Below the pieces are notes generated by a model. The model saw nothing but the letters and a program-made list of their open reading frames with translations, did no database searches and was not told where the DNA came from. From Octopus bimaculoides (Eukaryota): DNA of 52,844 nucleotides. Of this stretch, positions 12,106 through 22,429 are shown piece by piece. The position numbers and the translations under genes are program-made. Each line of letters opens with the position of its first letter. Positions within the stretch are counted from its first letter, which is position 1. The DNA is taken from the NCBI RefSeq assembly GCF_001194135.2, contig NC_069000.1, forward strand, positions 27,177,056 through 27,229,899. Direction: 5' to 3'.

Positions 12106-12309
12106 GCGGAAAATTTATGCCTCTTTCCTGGAGCCTACTGTCAGCTGTTTAAGGAAACCTTTCCTGCTATTTCTTTTGTGAGGTGGGTTTTGCATGAGTA
12201 AGTTTGGATCTTTGGCAGAGAGCAAGTTTTATTCTGCAAGCAGCCTCAGCTATCCTTTGATGTGTATGTTTGTTCCTGTCTTTCAGCACAAGTGATGTCT
12301 CATATTTTG

Positions 12310-12568
12310 TGTGGAATGATGTCAGCAGCTGGGGAGCTGACCAGAAGACGAAGGGCGCGTAGGTGACGTGCATGCAGGCAGGGGATGATTGGGCCTTTCG
12401 ATCAGGGTAGGAGAGTGCTGGATGTGTGAGCGCTTCAACAAGGTGAGGGACGGCAGCTGCTATTTTTAGCGTTCGGGTCGGGCCACGTGGAAGGGTGCGT
12501 TACCACCGGAGAGGTCTGCGTCAATGAAGAAAAGGTAGGTGTCTTACTTCTAATCTGCATACACCACA
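12310..12568 (+). repeat. 5' LTR, copy 1
   Basis: Aligns end to end with 16222-16481. Confidence 0.92.
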
Positions 12569-12603
12569 AGCTATTTTGGCATTCCACATAAGATGTCACC
12601 ACA

Positions 12604-13341
12604 ATGGCAGCTAAAATTAGGATTGCCAGCGACATTATCAGGCCCTTTAATAGTGAGGGCGATGTAGTGGCCTGGATGCATAAAATCAGGCTTGTGGTGA
12701 GATTGCAAGGCATTAGCGATGTGGTGAGCCTTATGGCACAATGTTTGGAAGGGAGCGCATTGACTCTATATCTCAAGATGGACGAGGAGGAAAGACTGAG
12801 CGAGGCTTACACCGAGTGTGAATATACAGCTTTTGTTAAGCTAGGAATGATTAGAGGGACGGGAGAGCAGGTGGATGAATACGTGGCGGAGGTGCGTAGG
12901 CTTGCCACGCTGGCTGGGTTTACGGGAGAAGGCCTGGACAGAGCGGCGTGACTGGCTTTCATAAGTGGGTTCCCTAACGATGTAGGGATTCGACTGCAGC
13001 AATTGTCCGGGGGCAAAAAGATGGTGCTGAGCGAACTTGTGACTCAAGCCCCTGTTTTGATGCAAAACACTGGATGGAAAGCGATAGCAATGGTGGTAAC
13101 GGAGGCATGTAAAGACAGACGACGGCTGGAGAAAGACGCGAAGGAGCCTACCATGCAAAAACAGCGGCCATTCTCAGGCCGGTGTTTTAAATGTCAGGGG
13201 TCGCACATGGCGAGGGTGTGTACGCAACCGGGGCCCCGTCTGCTATCGATGCAGGCAGATAGGCACATCGCCCATGATTGCGACCAGGGAAAAGACCATG
13301 AGGAAGTTGCTGCCTCTCAAACTTTCCCCACAAATGAGTAG
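12604..13341 (+). pseudogene. gag: gag, copy 1
   Basis: MAAKIRIASDIIRPFNSEGDVVAW...; zinc knuckle CFKCQGSHMARVC; internal stop. Confidence 0.85.
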
Positions 13342-16190
13342 GGGCGCTTTTGGAGACGCTGCCCGTAGTTGAGGTTGAGGCTGAGGGGAAGATGTTCCAG
13401 ACCCTTGTGGATACGAATTGCACAACCACCCTCGTGACTTCAAGGGTGACGAAGAAATGGAATGGAGCAAGTAGTGTCCGGGCAGCGAAATCTGATGTAA
13501 GGGCAGCAGCAATGTAGAGATAGTGGTGCAAGGCACAACGCTAAGACTGCAGGTAATTGTGGTCGAACACTTGATAGACGGGGTTGATGTGGTGATGGGG
13601 ATTGACACCATCAACCGCCTTGGTGGTGTCAGTATTGCAGGAGATGAGGTCACGTTCAGAAGCATGGGGGCATCATGCACTGTGAGTCAGGATCGCCAGA
13701 GAGAGCAGAGCTCCGCGAGGGACTGCACCACTTACACTATTGAGGATAAGGATTTTCAGGCGGTGTTCGATGGTCAGCGGTAGACAATAGAGTGGCAATG
13801 GAAAAACGAGCCCCCGATGCTGAAGAACAGGGTGAGCTGCTACCAGCATACCCTGAAAAGTCATGCCAGGGTCGAGTTCGAAGACAAGGTAGAGAGATGG
13901 ATCGAAGAAGGAGTCCTTGTCCCATGGAAGGAGGAAGTGGTGAGGGGAGTACTACCTCTGATGGTGGTGGTGCAGCTGACGAAAGGAAAAGTCAGACCGG
14001 TGCTGGACTTTAGAGAGCTGAACGAACATATATCATGTCACATGGGAGGCAAGGCGACGGATATTTGTGGCGAGACAGTCGACCAAGGCAGCGACGATTG
14101 TCAACTTGAAGTCGGCGTACTTGCAGCTCCATGTGAGTGACAAACTGTGGCAATATCAGCTGGTGCGNNNNNNNNNNNNNNNNNNNNNNNNNNNNNNNNN
14201 NNNNNNNNNNNNNNNNNNNNNNNNNNNNNNNNNNNNNNNNNNNNNNNNNNNNNNNNNNNNNNNNNNNNNNGGCAACGGTGCTTAAATCCATCCTAGGGAA
14301 AGAGGACAAAATAAGAAAGGCCACCAGTTCCTACATAGACGACATTTTGGTGGACTAGACTGTAGAACCAGCCAACAAAGCAGTGAGACATCTGGAGAAG
14401 TTCGGGCTGATTGCGAAGCCACCGGAGTCGATGGTGGAGGGAGCTGCACGGGGGCTGAAACTATGAAGAGATAGATTGGGTGAGTTGGTGTTCCGGAGAG
14501 GAAATAAAGTCCCAGAGCTGAGTTCCAGCGTCAGCAGGAGAGAGCTGTTCTCAGTGTGTGGGAAGTTGGTTGGTCACTACCTGATCGTTGGATGGCTGTG
14601 CACAGCATGCAGTTACACCGAAAGACAAGTGGAGGGGGAGAGTTGGGGTGACAAGGTGGCAGTGGGGACAGTGGTGATGATGCGGTAAATCCTAGAGAGG
14701 ATGAGAGCAGAAGACCCAGTCTGGGGGAACTGGTATGTGTCCAAGAAGGAATGCGGGACAGTTTGGTGTGATGTTAGCAGTATAGCGATAGGGGTTGTAT
14801 TGGAGATCAAAGACGCTGAGGTGGAGGATGCAGCCTGGCTTCAGAAAGCAGACAACTTTAACCGCATCAATGTCACCAAATTAGATGCGGTGCTGAAGGG
14901 GGTGAACTTGGCACTGAAATGGGGGCTACGCTCAATTGAAATCGGACGGATTTGGCCATTGTGCTTGGCTGGGTAGGATCAGTGATCACTGGTGAGAGGA
15001 GAGTTCGTACGAAAGGTGCCGCGGAGATGTTGATGAAGCGCCATCTAGGAGAATTGATTGCCGAGTTCGGATGGAAGCTGATCGTGGTTTTCGTGCCTTC
15101 GGAGAAAAACAGGGCAGACGCATTGAGCAGGGTAAAAAGGGCGTGGTTGGAGGAGCCGGAGGAAGCAAAGAAAGGGATAGCTGCGGCATGTCGGTTGGAT
15201 GACTCCAAACTGAAGAGACTACATGCTATGCATCACTTGAGTGTGGACAGGACCCTGTATCTCACGAAGATGATTGATACTGACGTCACAAGGAGAAGCA
15301 TCCGGAAAGTGGTCGGGAGCTGCGACAGGTGTCAGTCCATTGACCCTGCTCCATGTGGGCATGAGCAAGGAAACCTTTCGGTGGAGCACAACTGGAAGAG
15401 TCTAGCTGTGGATGTGATGCAGTACCGTCAGGGAATGTATCTCTTCATGGTCGACTGCGGGCCAGGCCGGAGAGCCATTTGGAGGGAGTTGAGGACGAGC
15501 ATTGCTGACAAGATTGCAGAGATTTTGAACGGGATATTTTTAGAGAGGGGTCCTGTGGAAGAACTGCTAATGGACAATGGGGCGGCATTTCATTCAGAAG
15601 CGTTGAGGGATATGTTCAACTGGTGGAAAGTGCATCTCTTGTTCAGAGCAATGTATAGGCCGAGCGGTAATGGAATCATAGAGAGGCACCATCGAACAGT
15701 CAAGGCCATAGCGGAAAGAGGGGACATTTCGCCACTGGAAGCAGTTTTCTGGTATAACCTGTCTCCCCGACCAGGACAAGCTGAAGAATCTGTGCCACAC
15801 AGGGCAGTATTTAAATACGNNNNNNNNNNNNNNNNNNNNNNNNNNNNNNNNNNNNNNNNNNNNNNNNNNNNNNNNNNNNNNNNNNNNNNNNNNNNNNNNN
15901 NNNNNNNNNNNNNNNNNNNNNNNNNNNNNNNNNNNNNNNNNNNNNNNNNNNNNNNNNNNNNNNNNNNNNNNNNNNNNNNNNNNNNNNNNNNNNNNNNNNN
16001 NNNNNNNNNNNNNNNNNNNNNNNNNNNNNNNNNNNNNNNNNNNNNNNNNNNNNNNNNNNNNNNNNNNNNNNNNNNNNNNNNNNNNNNNNNNNNNNNNNNN
16101 NNNNNNNNNNNNNNNNNNNNNNNNNNNNNNNNNNNNNNNNNNNNNNCAAGGTGCCCTCCTGGCTGGATGGTGAACTTTGACGTAGAGCAG
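13340..16190 (+). pseudogene. pol: pol (PR-RT-RNase H-IN), copy 1
   Basis: LVDTNCTT, RPVLDFRELN, NLKSAYLQL, SYIDDILV, WCDVSS, IN H..H/C..C, LAVD, LMDNGAAF, GNGIIERHHRT; stops, frameshifts and N gaps. Confidence 0.88.
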
Positions 16191-16221
16191 GGGGGATGTG
16201 ATCTTTAAGATCAGGGTGGTG

Positions 16222-16481
16222 TGTGGGATGACGTCAGCAGCTGGGGAGCTGACTGGGAGAGGAAGGGTGTGTAGGTGATGTGCGCGCAGGCAGGGGGCAA
16301 TTGGATCTTTCGATGAGGGTAGCTGAGAGCGCTGGACGTGTGAGCGCTTTGACAAGGTGAGGGACAGCAGCTGCTATTTTTAGCGTTCGGGTCGGGCCAC
16401 GTGGAAGGGTGCGTTACCACCGGAGAGGTCTGCATTGACAAAGAAAAGGAAGATGTCTTCTAATCTCCCGCATACACCACA
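16222..16481 (+). repeat. 3' LTR, copy 1
   Basis: Aligns with 12310-12568; intact TGACGTCA at 16229-16236. Confidence 0.92.
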
Positions 16482-17144
16482 TTTTGTTCTCCTGTTTTAC
16501 ATCGCATACATATCATTATGTACCAACTGCATATTGAATCATTGTGTATATATTCTGACCTTTCCTTCAAATGTATCTCAACAGCTTTGCTGTGTTAATG
16601 CTTTTTAATGGGTTGAATAAATCATCACAATCCTGGTTTCCTCATTCTTCCTTTATCTATACACACAGTCATACTCAAACCAGCATTATCTATCTACACA
16701 ACCTTCACTCATTAAAATACACACATATGTGTGTATGTGTGCAGACATGTATATATGAAATATATTTTGTCAGGTTATGGATTCACTCTCAGACCTATTT
16801 ATTCACTGTTAGACTTATTTTAAGCTCTTTTTCTAAGTGGCCAGACATAGCTTCTCTGAGCTTATCATTCCCTGGATATAGATATATATAGAGAGAGTGG
16901 GAAGATGGACAGAAAGAGATTGAAGAAAGAGAATAACAGACCACAGTACAGGACTAGTACTTTCATAATTGACTGTGAAAGGATGAAAGGCAAAGTTGAC
17001 CTTGATAATATTTTAAGTGTGAGTGCAGAGAGCCAGATCAATTTAAAGCATGGTAGCTAACTCTCAAATGATTCTGCATAGTTCCTTATTGCAGAAACTG
17101 TTCTAAGTTAATGAAAGTGGTTATGTAACTCCTGTTCTTTTGTT

Positions 17145-17510
17145 ATTAGCAAAGGCTGAGGTATTGCTTTCAGTTGCGTTTGCTTTATTTGTTCGTCCGT
17201 GGACAAGATATCTCAAGAACCACTGGGTGGATTCGGATAAAACTTTCAGGGATGTTTGGCCTAGTGACTGGCACAAACTGATTAGATTTTGGGATCGACC
17301 CAGTACTGGACAATGATTCTGGATTATTTTTCCAGTTTTTTAAAATTAATTTTTGAGAGCAGTCAGGTTCATTTTTAATATTCGCGTTGTTGAGAGCAGT
17401 CGAGTTTACTTAAGATATTCTCATTTTAAAAATCATCTTTGGCTAATCGTTGAGAGGACGTTGGTGTTGCCTTGGCAGAGGTTTGCGCTCTCTGAGTACT
17501 CTTGTTCACT
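17145..17510 (+). mobile_element. Helentron-associated non-autonomous element (HINE/DINE-1-like)
   Basis: gaggtattgctttcagttgcgtttg...gatatctcaagaaccactgggtggattcggataaaactttcaggg...gattttgggatcgaccc...ggcagaggtttgcgctctctgagtactcttgtt matches the typical layout. Confidence 0.7.
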
Positions 17511-17699
17511 TATTAATATTACTCCCAATACTGACCTGCTGTTTCATACAAGAGTCTGAAGCAAAGAACATCAGGCAATTCACATTCCCTTTTCTTCTGT
17601 CTGGACCTTAGTAACAACTGGTTATTAATACAGCTATGATACACACACTCTCTCACACACACACACACATCTCTGTTAAAAACCCAGACACGGGCTTTT

Positions 17700-17945
17700 T
17701 CAACTACCACCAGGATGGGCCTCTGTTTGATCTTCATTGCCTTGAAGTACACATGAAGACTCACAAAAAGCTTATTATAGAAGAAGACTGAAATCCTCGT
17801 GCAGCCTGCGTCCATCTGTACTCCATGCAGCTGTGAAACATCAGAAGCTTCAGATATCTGGAGAATAATATCTCAAGCGATGAAGAACTCAACAAAGATA
17901 CTACGTTAAGGATTAAGAATGCTAGCCAGGTACTTGGAAGTATCT
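17700..17945 (+). mobile_element. Internally deleted RTE fragment, same family as 8570-8890
   Basis: accaggat..tgtttgatct..ttgccttgaagtac and agcttcagatatctgg..aataatatctcaa..atgaagaactcaacaaag match the reverse complement of 8570-8890, with the middle missing. Confidence 0.72.
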
Positions 17946-18542
17946 TCTCTATAAAAGGCAGATTTTCTGTGTGTGTGTGTATGTTTAAAATTCATACATT
18001 TACACAATTCCAAATTTCTTGGATTAAAGAATTGGAATTAATATTCTAAATACAATTAGTTAGGTCACTGCGCCATTTTTTCACTCAAAATAACTCTTAA
18101 TAACGAATAAAATCCATAAAACTAAACAAATAAACATTTTCCCCCTAATAAAAGCTAATTTCCTCTTTCTACTACCTTTACAAATCCCTTCAACTCCTAC
18201 TTTCTCTTATGAACCTTTACGAACAATCCAACAACAAATACAAAAAGAAAGGAAGGAGAAACACTGACAGTAAAAGAAAACTATTTCAGTATCAAAACTG
18301 AAACAATCACATTTCGATACTGTAATGACAAATACTTTCACTTTATTGGTTTCATTTTCATACTACATACATATATACATACATACCTCATTCTAATTGG
18401 CGGGAATTGTAAGTTATTTCTAACTTGTCCTTCACCATGATAACAACAATAAAAAAAATAGCCACATCTTTTTCAAATACGATTGACAAACATTTATTCC
18501 CTACAAACTGTGAGTTTTTTGAAAAATCTTTTCGTAAATCTT

Positions 18543-18645
18543 GAGATTAACACCTGCACAATTACCTACCTAACCCTAACCCTGGCCCTAAAACCCTAAC
18601 TCTAACACTGTAGTGAAAATCGTGCGGATTTTAATCTGAAAATTT
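18543..18645. mobile_element. Truncated (CCCTAA)n-containing MITE related to 20785-20954
   Basis: agattaacacctgcacaatt...ccctaaccct...aatcgtgcggattttaatctgaaaa. Confidence 0.65.
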
Positions 18646-20021
18646 AACAATCTTTTTTAAAACGCTTTTACTTACTAACATTTTTTTATTTAGTGTGTGT
18701 GTGTGTGTTGTCTATATATATATACACTTAAGACTTAGTTGTGGGTTGGGAGTTTGATCGACATTATTATTATTATTATTTTAAATTTTTCCCACAAGGG
18801 TGGCTTCGGGCAGGTGGAGAATAGTCGATTATATCAACCCCTGTGTTTAACTGGTACTTATTTTTTAGACCCCGAAAGGATGAAAGGCAAAGTCGACTTC
18901 GGTAGAATTTGAACTCAGAACGTAGAGATGGGCACAAACCTCCTGTCGCTACACTGATTCTGCAGAACAGGGTTGAGTGTGAAAACCAACTTTAAAGTGT
19001 AAATATAGATGTTTTTGAATACACACTCATACATACATAGGTATAAATACACACATACATACAAATAAACACATACATACAAATATCTGTCAGTCTCTTC
19101 CAAATACGATCAACAGTCAAATATTTATTCCCTACAAACTGAATTTCTTTAATATCTTTCTTAAAACGCATTTACTTACTACCATATATATATAGACACA
19201 GAATACACATTAATACACACATACATACAAATACCTATCATTTTTTTTTATTTAGTCTGTGTGTGTGTGTGTTGCCCATCTTAATATATAATGCTGAAGT
19301 TCTGTATCTGTGTGAAGCCTTTTTATAAGTTTATAGAAATCCACATTTTCCACTTTTTTGTCCTAACCCTAACCCTAACGCTGTAGTGAAAATCGTGCTG
19401 GTGTTAATTTGAAAATTTAACAATCTTTTTTAAAGCACTTTTACTTACTAACATTTTTTTATTTAGTGTGTGTGTGTGTGTTGCCTATATATATATACAC
19501 TTAAGACTTAGTTGTGGGTTGGGAGTTTGATTGGCAGAGGTCATTATTATTATTATTATTTAAAATTTTTCCCACAAGGGCGGCTTGGGGCAGGTGGAGA
19601 ATAGTCGATTATATCGACTCCTGTGTCCAACTGGTACTTATTCTGCAGAACAGGGCTGAGTATGAAAACCAACTTTAAAGTGTAAATACAGATGTTTTTG
19701 AATACACACTCATACATACATACATACAAATACACACATACATACAAATACCTGTCAGTCTCTTCCAAATACGATCAACAGTCAAACATTTATTCCCTAC
19801 AAACTGAATATTTTGAATCATCTTTCTTAAAATGCATTTACTTACTACCATATATATAGAGAGAGAGACATACAATACACATTAATACACACATATATAC
19901 AAATACCTGTCATTTTTTTATTTAGTGCGTGTGTGTTGCCCATCTTAATATATAATGCTGAAGTTCTGTATCTGTGTGAAGCCTTTTTAAAAGTTTATAG
20001 AAATCCACATTTTCCACTTTT
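18590..20021 (+). repeat. Local tandem duplication, units ~18590-19359 and ~19362-20021
   Basis: Both units run ctaac.ctgtagtgaaaatcgtgc...gaaatccacattttccactttt; unit 2 lacks ~100 bp including the SINE head. Confidence 0.88.
18775..18935 (-). mobile_element. SINE (same family as 3215); 3' half duplicated at ~19550-19640
   Basis: Reverse complement gttctgagttcaaattctaccgaagtcgactttgcctttcatcctttcggggtc...taagtaccagtt, ending in (AAT)n. Confidence 0.8.
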
Positions 20022-20784
20022 TCATACAAATTTTTACATCAATGGAATTTTCTCGATGTGAACTTTCCAGTGCAGTAATTACATTTTTAAAATTCTGTTT
20101 ACTTTGTGTGATTTAAGGGAGATTTGGCTGTTGTTTCTAGCAACTTTTATATTTCTTCCCTTCTACCTGTACCAGCGTTCTTATACATCTATCACGCGCT
20201 CAACATATAATATACAGAGTAAGAGTAAAAGAGGGAGAGAGAGAGAGAAAAAGTGATACATTCAAAGTCATAGATTAACTTGCTTTAAGACTATTCTTTC
20301 CTTCTACCTTTTCACTCTTACTTCGTTCTTCTTCCTCTCTCCCATTTAATAGCTTTCTTCTATCCCTCTACCTCTAACATCTTTTTCATAACATAGAAAC
20401 GTAAAAACACACACAACCACACATATGTGATCTGTGACAACAACATACACATAAACACATATACACATCAACATTATAGATATAAGATTTAGTTTCTGTG
20501 TGTTTCTTATATAAACATGTGCACGCATTGCTATTTTATAACTGTCTTCCGTTCTCCCTTCCTCTCTTTCTCTTCCTTCATTGCTCCTGTTCTCTATTCC
20601 TTTCTCCCCCTCTCTTTCTTTTCCTCTCTCCCTCTTCTCTCTCGCTCTCTCAAACGCCTACACACGCATGTACACACAAGCATTCACTACAAGATAACTC
20701 ATGTTCGTCAATGTTTTGTAAATATACAAACTACGGAGCTTATGGACAACACATTGCAAATTAGTGAACTTCATTACAAATGTG

Positions 20785-20954
20785 GGTAATTTTTCAGATT
20801 AACACCCGCACAATTTTCACTAGGGTGTTAGGGTTACGGTTTTTGGGTCAGGGTTAGGGTTTTAGGGTTAGGGTTACGATGTGGGTTAGTGTTACGGTTA
20901 CAGTTTTAGGGTTAGGGTTACGTAATCGTGTGGGTGTTAATCTGAAAAATTACC
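20785..20954. mobile_element. Merlin-like MITE with a telomere-repeat-like interior
   Basis: ~31-bp TIRs ggtaatttttcagattaacaccc(g/a)cac; 8-bp flanking repeat caaatgtg / gaaatgtg (7/8); interior of TTAGGG variants. Confidence 0.78.
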
Positions 20955-21477
20955 GAAATGTGAAAAGTATCGACCCTACCATCTGTTATGACTTTTGTTG
21001 TTCTCTTTAATAAGTACATAGATTATGCCTCCAAACAAGACAGCTTGCTGGGGAAAGAAAGCAACCGGACTGCAGCAATTCACCACATTCCAGAAGCTAC
21101 TTTGAACATAATGCAAAATGGTGCATCAACATCTACTGCCCAATCTGATAGAATTCTGGCAGAACTGTGTAGCAACAGATCGCCAGCAATTGCTTCATCA
21201 GAAATTGCCGTCCTACCTCCTGCAAAAAGGAATTACCCTGCTATGTATAATCAAGGCAGTGCAAAAAGTTGTTTTGCACAAGCATTTGTATAGCCAATTA
21301 GACGGATGAAATTTACATACACTTAATAATGTTACGCAAAACAGCCTTCACACTTTCCCTATTAATTTTGTCGTCTTTTGAATTATGAACATATTTACAT
21401 CATAAGGGTTTTTTCATTGTAAGGCTTTCTTTTTTAGTTGATTTTCACCTAGCAAGACTTATCGTAGATGGCGTAAT

Positions 21478-21515
21478 AAGTCACACCCGGACAACGTTGG
21501 GTTATACTGTTAGTC
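21478..21515 (+). mobile_element. Helitron-like 3' terminus
   Basis: acccggacaacgttgggt hairpin followed by tatactgttagt, a degenerate CTAG|T end. Confidence 0.5.
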
Positions 21516-21579
21516 TGCATTAAAGTACAAGAACAATCGCTTCTCCACCCAACTGAAAATAATGCTGTTGTACTCTCTG

Positions 21580-21990
21580 CAATTTACTTATTACTCTTTT
21601 ACATGTTTCAGTCATTTGACCGCAGCCATGCTGGAGCACCGCCTTTAGTCGAAGAAATTGACCCAGGACTTATTCTTTGTAAGCCTAGTACTTAGTCTAT
21701 TGGTCTTTTTTGCCAAACTACTAAGTTTTGGGGACATAAACACACCAACATCAGTTGTCAAGCGATGGTGGCGGGGGACAAACACAAAGACTCACACACA
21801 TAAATATATATATATATATATATATATACATACATGATGGACTTGTTTCAGTTTCTGTCTGCCAAATCCACTCACAAGGCTTTAGTCAGCCCGAGGGTCT
21901 AGTAGAAGACACTTGCCCAAGGTGCCACACAGTGAGACTGAACCCAGAACCATGTGGTTAAGATGCAAGCTTCTTACCACACAATCATGC
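21580..21990 (-). mobile_element. tRNA-derived octopus-type SINE with internal (TA)n
   Basis: Reverse complement tgtgtggtaagaagcttgcatcttaaccacatggttctgggttcagtc...gtgctccagcatggctgcggtcaaatgactgaaac. Confidence 0.85.
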
Positions 21991-22004
21991 TTGAGGCCAT
22001 CCTG

Positions 22005-22370
22005 AGGTACTGAGCCTCTATGTGGTTGGGAAGCAAGCTTCTTACCATACAGCCATGCCTGAGGCCATTCTGAGGCACCAACCTGAAGAAGTTTTGTTGA
22101 ATGAATTGACCCCAGTACTTCTTGTTTTTATTAAAGTCAGTTTTGCCAAATCGCTAAGTTACGGGGACATAAACACACTAATCCCAGTTGTCAAACATTG
22201 CTGGAGGACAAACACAAACACACACATGTGTGTGTATGTATATGACAGGCTTCTTTCAGTTTCCATCTACCAAATCCACTCAAGGCTTTGGTCGGCCTGA
22301 GGCTATAGTTGAAGGCACTAGCCCAATGTGCAACACTGTGGGACTTGGACCCAGAACCATACGGTTGGGA
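22005..22370 (-). mobile_element. Further partial copies of the same SINE
   Basis: Head fragment 22020-22058 and body 22105-22370. Confidence 0.75.
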
Positions 22371-22429
22371 TGTTTTTATGTTAAATTACAATAAAAAATT
22401 TTACATTAAACTGAAGGATTACTCAATAC

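Larger units (their letters stand above)
12310..16481 (+). mobile_element. Compact Ty3/Gypsy-type LTR retrotransposon, copy 1 (full length, decayed)
   Basis: LTRs 12310-12568 and 16222-16481 (TGTGG...CCACA); perfect 5-bp TSD TTTTG (12305-12309 / 16482-16486); order gag-PR-RT-RH-IN; PPT-like agggtggtg. Confidence 0.93.

Noticed and set aside
12569-12580. Tf1-style self-priming via the LTR motif gctgctattt(t/c)tagc
   Set aside because: That LTR motif has the same sense as the PBS rather than being complementary, so it cannot pair with it; I saw no complement in the LTR.
14952-16355. 418-aa and 253-aa ORFs as intact proteins
   Set aside because: Lengths are inflated by N runs; the 418-aa ORF is the Gypsy RH-IN fragment and the other is its antisense.
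20820-20925. True telomere or chromosome-fusion site
   Set aside because: The repeats are short, degenerate and enclosed by TIRs and a TSD.
20988-21310. Coding-like stretch (101-aa and 63-aa ORFs)
   Set aside because: No motif I can recognise and no splice or TE context that supports a call.
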